The position numbers and the translations under genes were made by a program. Shown piece by piece: positions 17,324 to 20,000 of a DNA stretch of 20,000 nt. How positions within the stretch are numbered: the first letter of the stretch is position 1; each line of letters starts with the position of its first letter. The stretch lies in IMG/VR virus record IMGVR_UViG_3300020578_000012; one strand, 5' to 3'. The notes under the pieces are model-generated. The model was given only the letters and a program-made list of their open reading frames with translations, was not told the DNA's origin and ran no database searches. The DNA is from an uncultured virus (IMG/VR IMGVR_UViG_3300020578_000012) (lineage: Duplodnaviria; Heunggongvirae; Uroviricota; Caudoviricetes).

Positions 17324-18910
17324 ATGAAGAAATTACTAGCAGCTGTATTTGCTCTCCTCATTTCAGGAGCAGCGATCGCACAAACAACAACTGTCTCAAC
17401 GGTCACCACTAATTCTACGGTGAACTCGACCAATACGAACAACAACACGAATGTAAACACAAATAATAATGTTCAATCAGGCACAGTCACAAATAATAAT
17501 AACAATGTAAACACTTCAACGAGTGTAAATACGAACAACAATGTTCAAAGCGGTACTGCGACAAATATTAATCAAAATACAAGCACCGCAACGACCACAA
17601 ACACAAATAATAATGTGAATACAAATACGTCGACCTCTACTTCGACGAATAACAATAACAATGTAAACACAAATAATAATATCAATAGTGGTACGGTAAA
17701 CTATAATAATACAAACTCTAGCACTAGCACTGCTACAAACACAAATGTGAATACCTCTACGGTGAATAGTACGAATAATAATGTGAATACGAACAACAAT
17801 ATACAAAGTGGAACGCTCACAAATAACAACAACAATGTAAATACGAACACCTCAAGTTCAACAAATACAAACACCAATACGAATGTAAACACAAATAACA
17901 ACATTCAGAGTGGTACGGTTACAAATAATAACAATAATGTAAACACCACGACTGCAACAAATAACAATAATAATGTAAACACCTCAACGAGTGTAAACAC
18001 AAATAATAATGTGAATACCTCTACGAGTGTAAACACGAATAATAATAACAATAACAGTGTTTCTGTGAATACAAATAACAATAACAATGTGAATACTTCT
18101 ACGAGCACGAATACAAACAATAACAACAATGTGAGCGTCTCCACAAATACAAATAATAATAACAATGTGAATACTTCTACGAGCACAAACACAAACAATA
18201 ACAACAATGTGAATACTTCTACAAGTACGAATACAAATAATAATAATACAAACATTAATTCAAATAATGTAAACACAAATAATAATAACAACACCTCTAC
18301 ATCAACAAACACGAATGTAAATAAGAATGAAAGCACTAGTAGCAATACAAATAATAATAACAATGTAAATACAAGTACAAGCACTAATGTGAATAAGAAT
18401 GAGAATGTGAACAAATCAGAAAGCACAAGCCAGAGCAATGTAAAGACTGAGAATACAAATACGAATATCAATCGCAACGAAAACATTACGAAAGTTGAAC
18501 AAGAAATCAAAGCGCCACCTGCTAGTGCTATCGCTCCTATGATTTCAACTTATAGCCAAGATGTCTGTGTATCAGGTGTCTCTGGTGCTGTTCAAACTCA
18601 GGTCATCGGTTTGTCTGCTGGTAAGGCAGTTCGCGATATGAACTGCGAACGCTTGAAGTTGTCCAAGACTCTATACGACATGGGCATGAAGGTCGCAGCA
18701 GTATCAATGATGTGTCAAGATGAGCGCGTGTTCAAGGCTATGGAAATGGCTGGAACACCTTGCCCATATATGGGTAAGATCGGTAAAGAAGCAACAGAAC
18801 AGTGGGAAACAAACAAAGAAGAGCGACCAGATTTCCGCAAAAAGTGGTGGCAAGTTTGGAAGAAAGAAACTACAGAGGATCTTCCTGAAGCATTGCCAGC
18901 TGGTAACTAA
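17324..18910 (+). CDS. Secreted Asn/Thr-rich repeat protein with a 4-Cys C-terminal domain
   Basis: Sec-type signal MKKLLAAVFALLISGAAIA|Q; about 314 aa of uncharged N/T/S/V repeats; PPASAIAP...DVC...NCERLK...MCQD...GTPCP domain; RKKWWQVWKK near the C-terminus. Confidence 0.85.
   Translation: MKKLLAAVFALLISGAAIAQTTTVSTVTTNSTVNSTNTNNNTNVNTNNNVQSGTVTNNNNNVNTSTSVNTNNNVQSGTATNINQNTSTATTTNTNNNVNTNTSTSTSTNNNNNVNTNNNINSGTVNYNNTNSSTSTATNTNVNTSTVNSTNNNVNTNNNIQSGTLTNNNNNVNTNTSSSTNTNTNTNVNTNNNIQSGTVTNNNNNVNTTTATNNNNNVNTSTSVNTNNNVNTSTSVNTNNNNNNSVSVNTNNNNNVNTSTSTNTNNNNNVSVSTNTNNNNNVNTSTSTNTNNNNNVNTSTSTNTNNNNTNINSNNVNTNNNNNTSTSTNTNVNKNESTSSNTNNNNNVNTSTSTNVNKNENVNKSESTSQSNVKTENTNTNINRNENITKVEQEIKAPPASAIAPMISTYSQDVCVSGVSGAVQTQVIGLSAGKAVRDMNCERLKLSKTLYDMGMKVAAVSMMCQDERVFKAMEMAGTPCPYMGKIGKEATEQWETNKEERPDFRKKWWQVWKKETTEDLPEALPAGN
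17381..18480 (+). repeat. Low-complexity Asn/Thr-coding repeat region
   Basis: Recurrent NTNNNNNVNTSTST units and five NTNNN(V/I)(Q/N)SGT units; codons are synonymously mixed (aat/aac, aca/acg). Confidence 0.9.
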
Positions 18911-20000
18911 TGAAGCGACTTCTCGCTCTATTATTCCTGATAGCGTCTCCTGCGCTCGCGCAGCAGATTGACTACACCTACACGCAAACGCCTGTCGGTG
19001 CACCAACACCATTAGAGCAATTAAATCAAAATCAAGGTACGCCATTAAATCTAGGGGATGATCAAGTATCCAATCCAATTAATCTTGGGTTTGAGTTTAC
19101 ATTTTATGGGCAAAATTTTACAAGTGCATTTATTAGTAGTAATGGTGTATTAGGATTTCAAGGTGCTATCAACGGTTGTTGCAGCGGATATAATCTCGCC
19201 GATCCAGGTAACAAATATGGTATATTTGCACTTCAGACTGATTTGATAAACATTCAAACAACTAATCCTTGGTATAAAACAGAAGGTGTTGGGGGCGACA
19301 AAACATTTACTGTCGGTTGGTATAACATGCCAATATTTTATAATGATAATTTTCGCAGTACATTTGAAATTACTTTATATGAAAGTAACAATAATGTACT
19401 TTTAAATTATGGGGATTTAAACACTGGCGGCAGATTTTTCACGGCAGGATTGAAGGGGAATGATGGTGAATATGAACTTTTGTATTCTGGAATTAATGAT
19501 AATTTTCTAGAAAACACAAGTTTCATGTTTTCTTTTACGCCACCCCCACCACCCATACCAGAATTTTTATATTGGAATAATCTTGCCAATGAGAATGGCA
19601 CTTTCACACTTACCAGTGCTGGAGTTGTTCGTTATGGCGCCAGTGGCGTGTATGCATATGCTGAACTACAACCAGGAACATATTCTTGTTCAAATGGATT
19701 TTTTGGTGATCCAATTCCTGGCGTTTATAAAAGTTGCGAATTAGGAAGCAACAATCCACCAGTCGTGGAAGTCGATTGTGCAGTTAATCCTTATGATACA
19801 AGTTGTATTATCGACGGCATAACAGACGATGTAGTTGATGACACAATGCTTGCTGATGAAACTACTGGCGATGATGGTAGTGACGATGGCACAGAAGTTA
19901 TTGAAGAAGAAACCTATGCAGTTGATGAAGACGAAGAAGTTTATGTAGCAGATGAAGATACTGAAGAAGAAACAGACCTTGAAGAAATGCTTTCCGATGA
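18910..20000 (+). CDS. Secreted protein with NIDO-like domain, Cys-containing lectin-like module and acidic tract (partial; absent from ORF track)
   Basis: TAATG overlap at 18908-18912; frame open to the window end. MKRLLALLFLIASPALA|Q signal; LGDD...INLGFEFTFYGQNFTSAFISSNGVLGF...STFEITLY (NIDO-like); PPPPP linker; VVRYGA...CSNGFFGDPIPGVYKSC; DCAVNPYDTSC; D/E-rich from about 19810. Confidence 0.85.
   Translation, partial: MKRLLALLFLIASPALAQQIDYTYTQTPVGAPTPLEQLNQNQGTPLNLGDDQVSNPINLGFEFTFYGQNFTSAFISSNGVLGFQGAINGCCSGYNLADPGNKYGIFALQTDLINIQTTNPWYKTEGVGGDKTFTVGWYNMPIFYNDNFRSTFEITLYESNNNVLLNYGDLNTGGRFFTAGLKGNDGEYELLYSGINDNFLENTSFMFSFTPPPPPIPEFLYWNNLANENGTFTLTSAGVVRYGASGVYAYAELQPGTYSCSNGFFGDPIPGVYKSCELGSNNPPVVEVDCAVNPYDTSCIIDGITDDVVDDTMLADETTGDDGSDDGTEVIEEETYAVDEDEEVYVADEDTEEETDLEEMLSD

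Noticed and set aside
17516..18510. Very hydrophobic minus-strand ORFs (LLLFVFV repeats)
   Set aside because: Reverse-complement shadow of the Asn/Thr codons; no independent start signals.

Overview
This window looks like the late/structural arm of a large AT-rich tailed phage, most consistent with a T4-like myovirus of a Gram-negative host. All credible genes are on the + strand and tightly packed. Order: (1) two small phage-type proteins, one with a T4 internal-protein-like N-terminus; (2) a probable lysis cassette (Cys-rich lipoprotein, two-TM membrane protein, endolysin fusing a GH19 lysozyme-like domain and an M15A Zn-peptidase); (3) a five-gene modification cassette (SAM methyltransferase, GT-B glycosyltransferase, GT-like protein, 2OG-Fe(II) oxygenase, GT-A glycosyltransferase); (4) a fibre cluster with a collar/adaptor-like protein, five collagen-like proteins (one with about 556 aa of Gly-X-Y), a subtilisin protease and a 686-aa unknown; (5) after a structured regulatory gap, two secreted proteins: one with about 314 aa of uncharged Asn/Thr repeats and one with a NIDO-like domain (missed by the ORF track, truncated by the window). 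The two main leads are a possible phage-encoded pathway for modifying or glycosylating collagen fibres, and a possible phage-encoded secreted amyloid-like or extracellular-matrix-like module. All family calls come from motif recognition by eye; no searches were run.
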